From positions 1-30,198 of the IMG/VR virus record IMGVR_UViG_3300046103_000285: a stretch of 30,198 bases of DNA. One strand, given 5' to 3'. The DNA is from a virus (taxonomy: Duplodnaviria > Caudoviricetes). The notes under the pieces are model-generated. The model made no database searches, was not told the DNA's origin, and was given only the letters and a program-made list of their open reading frames with translations. Positions 17,964 to 27,116 of this stretch are shown here, piece after piece. Position numbers and translations under genes: made by a program. Each line of letters starts with the position of its first letter. Within the stretch, counting starts at the first letter, position 1.

Positions 17964-20174
17964 TTAAGCCCTCACTACTCCATAAATACTTAAGTTAATT
18001 TTATAAGCCCCATCTCCACCTGTAAATAAAAGCTGAAAACCATTACAAATATTTGCTGCTGTTCCATTATGATATCCATGTCCTTGTGCAATTCTTGATG
18101 AACCATTTGAACCTTCTCCACCTATTTGGTAAACAAAAGATGGACTTGTATCTCCTTTAGAATCACTTGTATCAGATGCCCAGCGACCACCTTGAGCATT
18201 GTTAAACATCATAAATCCATTCATTGGGTCAAGTGTTCCACCATTTTGTTGTTCAACAAGTGTAAACCTATCTGCTGTCTCTGTGGTTATTCTTTTTTCT
18301 GAATTATTATGAGTAAGTCCTAATGTGCTTTGTCTATAATTTGAACTTGTAATTGCAGAACCACCATCTAAAAACCTCATTTGTATATCACCAGCACCAT
18401 GCTGTGTTATTGCATGAATATAAACATAATAATTGTCATAGCTTGAATCAAATCCAGTGAAAGAATAACTTGTTGTATTTCCTGATGCGTTATATTCATT
18501 TACTGCTGATACGAGTGCTAGTCCACCACCACCACCACCTGCTGCTGCCCATTTAACACCTGTAGCTTCTGCTGAATCTGCTGTTAAAACTGTATCATTT
18601 GCCCCTACTGTAAGTAGTGAGGGGTTTCCTGTGCCATCTCCTAATAAAATCTTTCCTTTAGTAGACATATCAACTGCTGTGACTGCACCTGTTCCATTAC
18701 CAATCATAACTCCATTTGCTGTAATTGAAGTTGCACCTGTACCACCACTTCCTACTGCAAGGGTTGCTGATAGTCCTGCTGCTGTTCCACTAGTATTTTG
18801 TGAACCTGCTGCATTTACACCTGGTAAGTTTATAGCTGCCGAGCCATTAAAATTTACACCACCGATTGCTCTTGTTGTAGCTAAAACTGTTGCTGTTGCT
18901 GCATTTCCTGTAGTAGAACCTGATGTGCCTGAAGTATTACCTGTAACATTGCCTGTAATATTTCCTGCAAAAGTTCCTGACAATACATCTGTACTAGCAT
19001 TAAAAGTTAATCCTGCTGCTGATTTAGGCCCTAAGTCGCCTGTAGCTGCCGTAACAAATAAAGGAAAACATGTAGTATCACTACTTTCATCGGCTATTGT
19101 AATTACTGTTGGAGTAGGGGCAGTTCCTACGAATGAGGTTGCCGTTAAAGCACCTGTGGCAGAATTAAATGAAAGATTAGACCCAGACTTTGGTGCTAAA
19201 TCTCCAGTTGCTGCTGTTGCAAACAATGGAAAGCAAGTTGTGTCTGATGATTCATCTGCAACTGTAACTGTTGTAGCAATCGCTGCTGTGCCTGAAGTAG
19301 CTTGATTACCTGATGCGTTTACGCCTGGTAGGTCTATACTTGCTGAACCATTAAAACTTACGCCACCAATATTTCTAGCAGTTGTTAAAGTCGCTGCTGA
19401 TGAAGCTGTTGCACTATTTCCAGTACACGAACCTGATGATCCACTAGCGTTTCCTGTTACATTGCCAGTTAAAGGCCCTGAAAATCCTGTTGCTGTTAAT
19501 AATCCACTTGAAGAATTAAAAGCTAAATTAGTTCCTGACTTCGGTGGTAAATCACCTGTAGCAGCAGTTACAAATAAAGGGAAACAAGTTGTATCTGTTG
19601 ATTCATCTGCAATTGTAATTGTTGTAGGTACATAGTCAGATGCTGCTTTAGAATCTAATTGTGTTTGTATGTTTGAAGATACAGTATCTAAATAACCTGC
19701 TTCTGTTGAAGTTACTGCTGATACACTAACATCGCCACTACCATCTGATACTAACAATCTTGATGCTGTTAAGTTTGCCATCTTAGAGAAAGCTAAAGCT
19801 GCTGAAGCATTTACATCAGCATCTATAATAACTCCACTTCCAATTGCTGCCGTACCTGTTGTACCTATTGATATATCACCTGATATAACGACAGGGTTAA
19901 AATTCGTTCCATCTGCTATTAAAGCTGCACCACTAGTGTTAGTTCCCATAAACAGGTCATCGCCTGTTATAGTTAAATCACCACCTATAGTAGCGTTACT
20001 AGAAGTAGTTAATGTTCCTGAAGATGTTAGGCTTGTTGCTGTAACTGCTGGTAAGTTAGCCGCTAAATCTGTAATAGTTAATTTATAATTTGCACCTGAA
20101 TAAGCTACTGCAAATACAGATTCTGTATTAGGGGTTGTTGTTGCTGTTAAATCACTAAATTTTTGTGTTGCCAT
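17964..20174 (-). CDS. Long tail fibre / receptor-binding protein
   Basis: Thr/Ser/Gly/Ala-rich with internal repeats, poly-Gly hinge and a C-terminal beta domain. Confidence 0.85.
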   Translation of the reverse strand: MATQKFSDLTATTTPNTESVFAVAYSGANYKLTITDLAANLPAVTATSLTSSGTLTTSSNATIGGDLTITGDDLFMGTNTSGAALIADGTNFNPVVISGDISIGTTGTAAIGSGVIIDADVNASAALAFSKMANLTASRLLVSDGSGDVSVSAVTSTEAGYLDTVSSNIQTQLDSKAASDYVPTTITIADESTDTTCFPLFVTAATGDLPPKSGTNLAFNSSSGLLTATGFSGPLTGNVTGNASGSSGSCTGNSATASSAATLTTARNIGGVSFNGSASIDLPGVNASGNQATSGTAAIATTVTVADESSDTTCFPLFATAATGDLAPKSGSNLSFNSATGALTATSFVGTAPTPTVITIADESSDTTCFPLFVTAATGDLGPKSAAGLTFNASTDVLSGTFAGNITGNVTGNTSGTSGSTTGNAATATVLATTRAIGGVNFNGSAAINLPGVNAAGSQNTSGTAAGLSATLAVGSGGTGATSITANGVMIGNGTGAVTAVDMSTKGKILLGDGTGNPSLLTVGANDTVLTADSAEATGVKWAAAGGGGGGLALVSAVNEYNASGNTTSYSFTGFDSSYDNYYVYIHAITQHGAGDIQMRFLDGGSAITSSNYRQSTLGLTHNNSEKRITTETADRFTLVEQQNGGTLDPMNGFMMFNNAQGGRWASDTSDSKGDTSPSFVYQIGGEGSNGSSRIAQGHGYHNGTAANICNGFQLLFTGGDGAYKINLSIYGVVRA
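18775..19625 (-). repeat. Intragenic tail fibre repeats (3x ADES.DTTCFPLF.TAATGDL.PKS; 2x T.R.IGGV.FNGSA.I.LPGVNA.G.Q.TSGTAA)
   Basis: The same TTCATC anchor occurs at 19602, 19251 and 19086 (351 and 165 nt apart). Confidence 0.9.
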
Positions 20175-20354
20175 TTATTGTATTACCCATGTTGTGGTTG
20201 CTGTTGCTGGTACATCTTGCCAGTCATCAGGAGCTATTACTACTGCCCCTTCTTGTTGAAAAACTAATTCATTTTCTGTTACCAATAAATCTAAATTATT
20301 TTCTGTTTCAAAATAACCAGTAGATGTATTAGCTACTACAGTCCATATAGTCAT
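20175..20354 (-). CDS. Small acidic virion-associated protein (not in ORF track)
   Basis: Hand translation MTIWTVVANTSTGYFETENNLDLLVTENELVFQQEG...TTTWVIQ (59 aa); TAATG-coupled upstream and abuts the fibre ATG. Confidence 0.75.
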   Translation of the reverse strand: MTIWTVVANTSTGYFETENNLDLLVTENELVFQQEGAVVIAPDDWQDVPATATTTWVIQ

Positions 20355-20980
20355 TAATATAATCCGTAATCAATTCTTGTTACTGGTGCTGTACCAGAGT
20401 GTCTATCTCTTTCATTAGAATCTATAATATCTTTTTTTGACCTATCATATAAACCTGCCCATAAAGGCAATCTTTTATCATTTTGTAAATAAGGCTCTGC
20501 TTCAACTAATGCTCCGTATAAATAAACATCTGGGTGATGAGTAAGCATATCGTTTGTAGTATTTGAGTCTGATAAAGGAGTAAATGTTTTATAATAAGAT
20601 ATTTCAATCTCATAAACACCATCAGGTAAAGGTCTAATTTGTATATCATTGCCTTTGATTGAATAGGCTTTAGGCATACCTGTGCTACTTCCAGCTTGTA
20701 ATCTGTCCATTATTTCAGGAGTTAAATATTCTAATGAAGTTTTAGGGTCAGAGTTTAATTTAATATTACGCATAGCCACATAGTTATCAGGTAAAGAATA
20801 ATATTCAGTTCCTGAGATTGTATTAGCTGTAACCCTTGTTTCCATTCTTCTAATCTTAAAATCTCTTTTATGTCTTGTTTCAGCTAAAGAAATAAAGTCA
20901 GGAATAATATCTGTTAAGTCACTTCTATCTAGCCAATTAGCTATAGATGTTTTTAATTCTGCATATGTTGATATAGCCAT
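20354..20980 (-). CDS. Head-tail adaptor (tail tubular protein A-like)
   Basis: MAISTYAELKTSIANWLDRSDL...PDFISLAE; PDVYLYGALVEAEPYL.ND.R. Confidence 0.8.
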   Translation of the reverse strand: MAISTYAELKTSIANWLDRSDLTDIIPDFISLAETRHKRDFKIRRMETRVTANTISGTEYYSLPDNYVAMRNIKLNSDPKTSLEYLTPEIMDRLQAGSSTGMPKAYSIKGNDIQIRPLPDGVYEIEISYYKTFTPLSDSNTTNDMLTHHPDVYLYGALVEAEPYLQNDKRLPLWAGLYDRSKKDIIDSNERDRHSGTAPVTRIDYGLY

Positions 20981-21282
20981 TATATTACTCTACTTGTTGT
21001 TTTTAAATATCTATAGTCAGGACTGTTTAATAATTTCCTAACTGCTGGTGCATGATTCTTATCATATAAATCTACACCAAATTTGTTCTTCCATTCATAG
21101 TAAATTGTAACAGGAATCCTAGCAGATAATCGAAGTTCATCTCTTATACTGTGATCTTCCTGTTGCAATCTTTTATTTTGGTCAAGTAACTTAGTTAAGT
21201 CTTCCGACTTATGTTGGATAGCACTTGTGCCATCGGCAGAATGAAAGTGAAATGTTTGTCCATCTCCTAACTTTCTACTCAT
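20980..21282 (-). CDS. Conserved phage hypothetical protein
   Basis: ARIPVTIYYEW...LLNSPDYRYLKT motif. Confidence 0.75.
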   Translation of the reverse strand: MSRKLGDGQTFHFHSADGTSAIQHKSEDLTKLLDQNKRLQQEDHSIRDELRLSARIPVTIYYEWKNKFGVDLYDKNHAPAVRKLLNSPDYRYLKTTSRVI

Positions 21283-21575
21283 TACTCACTAAGCTCCTCA
21301 ATGTAAACTATCGGTGAACCTGAAGCTGCAATACAAGACATCTTGTCAAGATTACTAACCTTGAAAGTTTTAGGTTCGTTAGCCACTAAACGCACTCCAG
21401 TTGCTACTGCCGATGTAGTAGCTTTACCAAAATCAACAAATACTTCTGTTGTATTAGATGTAACTCTTACATAAGTAACACCATCACTAAAAGCATCTGT
21501 TCTGTTTGTACCTGTTTGGGTTACAGTAATCGTGTGATTCTTTATAACCTGTTGTCCAAAGCTCCAGTTGCTCAT
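21282..21575 (-). CDS. Small beta-rich virion protein
   Basis: AGGAG RBS, beta-strand pattern, located in the head gene cluster. Confidence 0.65.
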   Translation of the reverse strand: MSNWSFGQQVIKNHTITVTQTGTNRTDAFSDGVTYVRVTSNTTEVFVDFGKATTSAVATGVRLVANEPKTFKVSNLDKMSCIAASGSPIVYIEELSE

Positions 21576-21577
21576 TC

Positions 21578-21925
21578 TTATCTCCTAATCCAAAATGTTA
21601 TTTCAGCTAATACAGCGTTAGTTGAACCACCATCTGTAATCATTTCGATTGTATCTCCTTCTTCAACATTATTAAGTGCTGTAGGTACAGATGAATAAGT
21701 AGTTCCGTTTGCTGAACTGCCGTGTGCGAATGTAATGCCACCACCAGTTATTGCAACGCCACCTAACTCAAAAGATAATGCAGCTGCTGCACTGGTTATA
21801 GCTCCTCTACCCATAGCTGTAATCTTTATAATTCTTCCACCATCTGGAACAACTACAAAAGAACTAGCACCAGCAGATAAATTTGCTATCTCGCCTTTTA
21901 AAAAATAATCATTTAATGTTCTCAT
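21578..21925 (-). CDS. Capsid decoration/cement protein
   Basis: GGAG RBS at 21933-21936 gives start MRTLNDYFL (115 aa); directly follows the capsid gene. Confidence 0.65.
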   Translation of the reverse strand: MRTLNDYFLKGEIANLSAGASSFVVVPDGGRIIKITAMGRGAITSAAAALSFELGGVAITGGGITFAHGSSANGTTYSSVPTALNNVEEGDTIEMITDGGSTNAVLAEITFWIRR

Positions 21926-21938
21926 TAAATTTCTCCGT

Positions 21939-22057
21939 ATTAATAACCCTCGTTCCGAAGCGATACGTTCTTCAAGGTCATCATTAATGTATCTAGGTGG
22001 GTGGAGAAAAAACAAGGAGTCAAAACTCCACCCTTAACTAACTATGAGGAAAGTTAA
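21939..22057 (-). promoter_or_regulatory. Structured intergenic RNA with a weak terminator-like hairpin and alternative pairing
   Basis: GGAGU-UUUG-ACUCC followed by UUGUUUUUU; competing GGGUGGAG/CUCCACCC stem; two flanking hairpins. Confidence 0.6.
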
Positions 22058-22063
22058 ATTTTA

Positions 22064-23005
22064 TTAGCTAGTTGTGCAATCAGCAATTTTACCTGAAGCA
22101 GCTTCGTTTTTAGAAACGAGAGTATACTCACATAATAATTGTTTGATTTCACTATCACCAGTTTTTGCTAAGTCTTGAACTGTGAAAGGTCTTAACATAG
22201 CAGTAGACCACATTTCTGTATCTACGATATGTGTAGTTCTTCCAGAACTTCTCAAGATTCTATCAGCTACTACTCTAACTTCACCGAAGTCAGAAACATA
22301 AACATCAATAGTTGCAACTAAGCTTCTATCTTCTGCCATGTCCATACGAGTAGAGTTGCCAGTAAAACCTGATACTTTTTGTTTGTTGAATGAACCAACT
22401 AACATTAAGTCAGGATTTCCACCTTGGTCATAACAAAGTTTTAAGTTTGCTTTAACCAATGCTTCAGTCAGAACTCTTTGAGTTCCATCTGTAACTGCAC
22501 CAGTTGTACTGTGTGTAGAACCACCAGCTCCATGAGATTCATTAGTATTGCACCATGCTTCAAGACCTCTAAGTCTACGGCCTGTGCCTGATGAACCAAC
22601 AGTTGCAACATTAACACCTGTTAAGTCGAACTCCATGTCTCTTTTTAGTTCTTTACCAGCTTTAGCTATTTGATAAGCCATCTCTGATGTCATTCCAGCT
22701 TTGTTAATTACTTCTTGAGTACCAGTAACTACAACAGGTTTCGTAGAAATCTGAGTATAGTTAAGTAATTTAGAAGTAGCTACTAAAGCCCTTGAAGGAG
22801 CATTATCGCCCTCCATTACTACGTTTGTAGCTGCTGCTACTAACGAGTCTGTTTGCCATTCATGTAGTGTAGAGGAAGCTGAACCAGTTCCAATAGAAGA
22901 CATAAATGGAGTGTCTGTTGGTGAGATGTTATAAATAACATTCGCCAAGTCTTCTCTTCTGTCTGCAGAATCGAAGGTTTCATACGCATTTGTATAAATT
23001 GCCAT
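22064..23005 (-). CDS. Major capsid protein (DUF5309/SU10-type)
   Basis: REDLANVIYNISPTDTPF, HEWQTDSL, NYTQI, ELKRDME, SDFG, LAKTGDSE. Confidence 0.93.
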   Translation of the reverse strand: MAIYTNAYETFDSADRREDLANVIYNISPTDTPFMSSIGTGSASSTLHEWQTDSLVAAATNVVMEGDNAPSRALVATSKLLNYTQISTKPVVVTGTQEVINKAGMTSEMAYQIAKAGKELKRDMEFDLTGVNVATVGSSGTGRRLRGLEAWCNTNESHGAGGSTHSTTGAVTDGTQRVLTEALVKANLKLCYDQGGNPDLMLVGSFNKQKVSGFTGNSTRMDMAEDRSLVATIDVYVSDFGEVRVVADRILRSSGRTTHIVDTEMWSTAMLRPFTVQDLAKTGDSEIKQLLCEYTLVSKNEAASGKIADCTTS

Positions 23006-23041
23006 TTTTGATTACCTTTATAAAAAAGTTATAGTATTAGA

Positions 23042-24067
23042 CTATTTAGTCATAAGACTTTCAATGAGGCTTTGTGCATCACTTATATGTCCAGACTTTC
23101 TTAGTCTTGCTCTTTTTGCTTTAAGCTTATCACTAGATATTTCATCTCTACTTGCTGGAGAACCAGGTCGTTGAACTTTAGGTACAACTTTTGATTTCTT
23201 TCCAGAAATTTTAGTTGCTAAAAGATTTTCATACAACATAGCTTTGTGTAGAACATCTACAGACCTTGCATCAATTAAGCTACTAACTTCCTGTTCGGAA
23301 AATCCTTTTTTGACTGCAAAACTTTTTATATTTTGTTTAAGTTTTGGGCCTTTATCAGGGTCGTTCCATTCAGGTAGTTTGTTTACCATAAGTTGTTGCT
23401 GTCTGCTAAGTTCTTCTTGCCACTTAGCTTGGTTTTCTTGTTGTGATTTAAATTGAAGATTTTTTTGTTCATCTTCAACCATTCTTTTATTTTCCTGAAG
23501 TTCTCTATACTGGTCACGCTTTAGCATGTATTCAGTTGGATCTTCTTCCTTGAGTTGTGTCCAATCAGTTTTTGCAAGTTCATCTATTTTAGAATCTGCT
23601 TGATTGTTAAATTGTTCAAGTTGTGATAAGTAACGCTGTCTTTCTTGTTGAGTGGCAGCTAATTCTTCATCAGCTTTCTGCCTTTGTTCGGACAATACTT
23701 GACTTTTTCTTGTGTAATCAGCTTGTCTACTGTAACCAGCTAAAAGTTCTTCTTGGGTGACTTTAACATCTTTACCATCTACTTTGACAGTGTATGTATC
23801 AAGTTCCTCGTTTCCTTCTATTTGGTCTTGGTCTACTAAGTCATCAACAGATAATCCATCAGGATTACTTGCTTCGACTTCAACTGATTCGGACTCCATG
23901 TCCTGTGTAGAAACTTCTTCCGTTGTTTCTATTTCTTCTTGGTCTTCTGTGCTTTGTTCACTTGGAGTGCTCATCATACCTTGAAGTGCTTCCTGAGCCG
24001 ATCTCACATCTGTAACAGGTGTGCCACCGAACTTAGAATCTTGTGTAGGGATATCATCTTTTGCCAT
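23042..24067 (-). CDS. Capsid scaffolding protein
   Basis: Acidic N-terminus, YTVKVDG..V.VT.EEL..GYSRQADYTRKSQ, coiled coil, upstream of the capsid gene. Confidence 0.9.
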   Translation of the reverse strand: MAKDDIPTQDSKFGGTPVTDVRSAQEALQGMMSTPSEQSTEDQEEIETTEEVSTQDMESESVEVEASNPDGLSVDDLVDQDQIEGNEELDTYTVKVDGKDVKVTQEELLAGYSRQADYTRKSQVLSEQRQKADEELAATQQERQRYLSQLEQFNNQADSKIDELAKTDWTQLKEEDPTEYMLKRDQYRELQENKRMVEDEQKNLQFKSQQENQAKWQEELSRQQQLMVNKLPEWNDPDKGPKLKQNIKSFAVKKGFSEQEVSSLIDARSVDVLHKAMLYENLLATKISGKKSKVVPKVQRPGSPASRDEISSDKLKAKRARLRKSGHISDAQSLIESLMTK

Positions 24068-24069
24068 GA

Positions 24070-24324
24070 TTATTTACCTCCCCTTAATTCGTGTTCAACT
24101 ATTTTGCCATTCTCCATTGTGTTCACAAGTACATTTTGTGCTGTGAGTACACCACGAAGTGAGAAATATAAAGATTCTCTTTTACTAGATTCTTCCATTT
24201 CTGTTCTAATCCATTGTTGAAAAATATCATTTTGAATTACTTCATAAGATTTTATTAATAAAGGATCTTTAAGTAGCCTTTCAGCATCTTGCCCTTCTTT
24301 AACTTGATTATCTTTGTCTGCCAT
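24070..24324 (-). CDS. Conserved small protein upstream of scaffold
   Basis: G..AERLL.DPL.....W......RE.LY motif; GGAG RBS. Confidence 0.75.
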   Translation of the reverse strand: MADKDNQVKEGQDAERLLKDPLLIKSYEVIQNDIFQQWIRTEMEESSKRESLYFSLRGVLTAQNVLVNTMENGKIVEHELRGGK

Positions 24325-24517
24325 TGTCTTCTCCTATTTGGTTGATTCTATCCACAAAGTCTGTGGTTATAGTTTTTCTCCCAGCAAGATAACCTTGAAT
24401 ATCATTCCTAGGAATAGATGTCTTCAAGCATACCTCATTTATTGAAAGTCGATATTTCAACATTAGTTGTTGTAATTCTGTTTTTGTTAGTTCTGATTTT
24501 ATGTCAAATTTAGACAA
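24308..24517 (-). CDS. XRE/Cro-like HTH protein
   Basis: LQQLMLKYRLSINEVCLKTSIPRNDIQGYLAGRKTI; TTG start with AGGA RBS. Confidence 0.6.
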   Translation of the reverse strand: MSKFDIKSELTKTELQQLMLKYRLSINEVCLKTSIPRNDIQGYLAGRKTITTDFVDRINQIGEDNGRQR

Positions 24518-24518
24518 A

Positions 24519-24665
24519 TTATTTTCCTACTTTTTTCATTGCCAATTTATGTGATTGTGTAAAAGTTTTACCATTACTCATAAGTTTTCTCATCTCTGCC
24601 ATGTGTTTAGAAGTATGATGAACCTTATGTTTTGCAAGAGTTTCTTTTTGTTTTTTAGTTAACAT
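24519..24665 (-). CDS. Small Lys/His-rich protein (not in ORF track)
   Basis: MLTKKQKETLAKHKVHHTSKHMAEMRKLMSNGKTFTQSHKLAMKKVGK (48 aa); fills the operon gap. Confidence 0.8.
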   Translation of the reverse strand: MLTKKQKETLAKHKVHHTSKHMAEMRKLMSNGKTFTQSHKLAMKKVGK

Positions 24666-24668
24666 GTT

Positions 24669-24713
24669 TTAATAACCTGGATATTTTTTAACTGGCTTTT
24701 TTTTCTTTTTCAT
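24669..24713 (-). CDS. 14-aa poly-Lys micropeptide MKKKKKPVKKYPGY
   Basis: ATGA overlap with the upstream stop, GAGG RBS, stop 3 nt before the next ATG. Confidence 0.55.
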   Translation of the reverse strand: MKKKKKPVKKYPGY

Positions 24714-24916
24714 AATAACCTCAGTATTTCATGAAACCTATCGCTTAATATAACAAAAACAATAATAGCTCCATAAGTTATATATTTAAATCTAAAAACT
24801 TCTACCTTGACATCTCTCATATCTCTTTCTATATGAGCTAAATGATTATTCTTAATAATTCTAATATCATTTTTAATAAGTTCTATTTCTAAATTAAGTT
24901 CGTTTAAATCTTTCAT
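24710..24916 (-). CDS. Coiled-coil protein with C-terminal TM
   Basis: IKNNHLAHIERDM followed by YITYGAIIVFVIL. Confidence 0.7.
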   Translation of the reverse strand: MKDLNELNLEIELIKNDIRIIKNNHLAHIERDMRDVKVEVFRFKYITYGAIIVFVILSDRFHEILRLL

Positions 24917-25071
24917 GCTAAAGGCAACCTCTTTCGTTTAGGATAAGTACCTACAGCTATTTCAACTGATTGCTTTTGTGGCTTACCTTCTTTTCTTAAA
25001 CCTTTAATTTTTTTAGAAATTAATTTATTTCTTTCAATTCTTCCATGACCTGAGTATTTAGGATATGCCAT
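24913..25071 (-). CDS. Small basic protein (not in ORF track)
   Basis: MAYPKYSGHGRIERNKLISKKIKGLRKEGKPQKQSVEIAVGTYPKRKRLPLA (52 aa); coupled at both ends; ISK.I...EGKPQKQ.V.IA motif. Confidence 0.8.
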   Translation of the reverse strand: MAYPKYSGHGRIERNKLISKKIKGLRKEGKPQKQSVEIAVGTYPKRKRLPLA

Positions 25072-27116
25072 TAGCTTGGTCCTATACCTATAGGTCTGTT
25101 CTGTACAGCTTCTAATGCAAGTTCTTGTTCATTTAACTCAAGTTGAGATTTCTTAATCATTAACTCTTGCTGTTTAAGAGCAAGGTTGATTGCAGCTTCT
25201 TCTTGTTTAAGTTTTAACTCTTGTGCTTTGAGTTGCGTTTCAATTTCTAATTCTTGAGCTTGTAGTTGTAGTTTTTGTAATTCTACTTGTGCTTTTCTTT
25301 GCTCTACTTTTTCTTCTAGTGTAGGTTCAGGTGGTGGTTTAGGTGGCATCGTTTCAGGATTAGATATAAACTGGTCTGAGTTTTTATATCCTGATTGTGC
25401 TATAAATTCACTTACTGCATTGTATATATTCTGTGGTGTAACAAGTGAACCCATTCCACCATTTTGAACTAAGCCTTGTATTATTTGCATAATAGAACCC
25501 ATTGTTTGAGTCTTAGCTGATTGACTACCAGAGCCAACTCCTACATTAACAGTACAATTTAATTTTTCTTTCCAACGAGATACATCTATAGGTACAAACT
25601 TACCATTAAGATAAGCTATTTTCTTTCTATCTTCATATCTTTGTACTAGGGCGTATATGCTCCTAAATAGGTCCTTAATGCCTGTTTCTGCAAACATACG
25701 TGCTATGAGCTCAATCCTTTGCATAGAGGACTCTGTCGCTGCTGATATAGCCCCTGAAGTAACGTGTGAGTTAAGTACATCAGGATTTAATCCTTGTGTC
25801 ATCTTAGATACACCACTTCTTTCTTCTCTAATACCATCTAGGTATTGAACCATTTGGAAAGCATAAGGTTGTATTTGTGGGGTAGGTAAAGCTGTAACAG
25901 CACCTGCTGATCTCATTCTTACTATTCCACCTGGTTTAGAAGATAATAAATCATCAAGTTCTACTTGTCCTGCTAATACTGCATATCTTGCGTTGTTAGT
26001 TAAATACATATTATCAAGAAGATTTCTCATAATAGTAGATTTAATTAACTGAATATCTTGGACTGTATCGGCAATACTCATGCCATGAAATTTGTGAGGT
26101 ATGGGTAATGGGCAAATAGTTGAGAAAGGAATTGAATCTATTTCCTCGTTATCTAAAATAACATCTCCACCCTTTGTAATCTTTCTTAATTCTGCAATGC
26201 CATCACCATCATAATCAATGTGCATGTAACATTCTTCAATCCAAACTTTTCTTGATGCTCCTTTACCTTCTTCTGCTGGAACAGAATCTTCATCAAAGCT
26301 AAATCTAGCTTGTCTTTCTTCATTCCATTCTGCGTTATTATGGGTATAGGTAGGTAAATCATCTACAATGCTTTTAGAATATCCTTCTAAAATTAAATCA
26401 CTAACAGATTTTTTAACTCTATGACATACAAAACTAGCATCTTCAACAGAAGTTGCCCTTCTTGATACTAAAAATTCTTCTGGTGGAACGGATAAAACTC
26501 TTACCTGTCCATCTATTGTTGTTTTTTTAACTTTAACATCATGCTCAACAACCTTTGGACTAACTAAAGTACCATAGTCATCTACCTGTTGTTTCATTAT
26601 AATAATTTCTGTATGCTCTACGACTTCAAGATCATCATTTGCTAGGATTGATTGATACTCAATCTCAGTTAGGTTCTCGTATGTTTCGTGAGAAACCTCT
26701 TTTTTTTCTTCCCAGAAATGTTTAATAACTCCAGTCTTACTTATCAAAGCATCTTTAAAGGCATCGTACAAGACTTTAAAGCCATTGTTTTGTTTATTAA
26801 AAACATAGTTAACGTAATCAGTAGCTTGTTGTGCCATTTCGACATCTTCAGGACCTTGAGGTTCAAACTCAGCTACATTGTTGTGTGTTGTAAAGATACG
26901 CATAAGACTCGGCATAATGTATTCAATCGTATCTCGTACATCGGTTGTAACGATTTCGGAACGACCTTCTATCTCATTACCAAAGGGTTCACCAAGATAA
27001 TACTTCATAGCCTGTTCTCTTTGAGCAGATAGTTCTGTATTAAAGTTTCCTGAAGCAGACTCTATTTCACTGCTTAGTTGTGCAGCTAGTTCATCTTTAG
27101 TCATCTTTTTAGCCAT
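25071..27116 (-). CDS. Portal protein
   Basis: YYLGEPFGNE.EGRS..V..DV.DTIE.IMPSLMRIF; VPPEEF; C-terminal coiled-coil barrel; 681 aa. Confidence 0.93.
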   Translation of the reverse strand: MAKKMTKDELAAQLSSEIESASGNFNTELSAQREQAMKYYLGEPFGNEIEGRSEIVTTDVRDTIEYIMPSLMRIFTTHNNVAEFEPQGPEDVEMAQQATDYVNYVFNKQNNGFKVLYDAFKDALISKTGVIKHFWEEKKEVSHETYENLTEIEYQSILANDDLEVVEHTEIIIMKQQVDDYGTLVSPKVVEHDVKVKKTTIDGQVRVLSVPPEEFLVSRRATSVEDASFVCHRVKKSVSDLILEGYSKSIVDDLPTYTHNNAEWNEERQARFSFDEDSVPAEEGKGASRKVWIEECYMHIDYDGDGIAELRKITKGGDVILDNEEIDSIPFSTICPLPIPHKFHGMSIADTVQDIQLIKSTIMRNLLDNMYLTNNARYAVLAGQVELDDLLSSKPGGIVRMRSAGAVTALPTPQIQPYAFQMVQYLDGIREERSGVSKMTQGLNPDVLNSHVTSGAISAATESSMQRIELIARMFAETGIKDLFRSIYALVQRYEDRKKIAYLNGKFVPIDVSRWKEKLNCTVNVGVGSGSQSAKTQTMGSIMQIIQGLVQNGGMGSLVTPQNIYNAVSEFIAQSGYKNSDQFISNPETMPPKPPPEPTLEEKVEQRKAQVELQKLQLQAQELEIETQLKAQELKLKQEEAAINLALKQQELMIKKSQLELNEQELALEAVQNRPIGIGPS

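Noticed and set aside
18631-19305. 224 aa plus-strand ORF and the other antisense ORFs in the track (e.g. 4467, 6477, 7262, 26688, 29834)
   Set aside because: Shadows of well-supported genes on the opposite strand, with no RBS or motifs.
16953-20174. Diversity-generating retroelement acting on the tail fibre
   Set aside because: No reverse transcriptase and no adenine-specific TR/VR pair seen; the repeats are in-frame and differ mostly synonymously.
21926-22015. 30-aa N-terminal extension of the decoration protein
   Set aside because: Starts at a TTG inside the hairpin region; ATG 21925 has a proper GGAG RBS.
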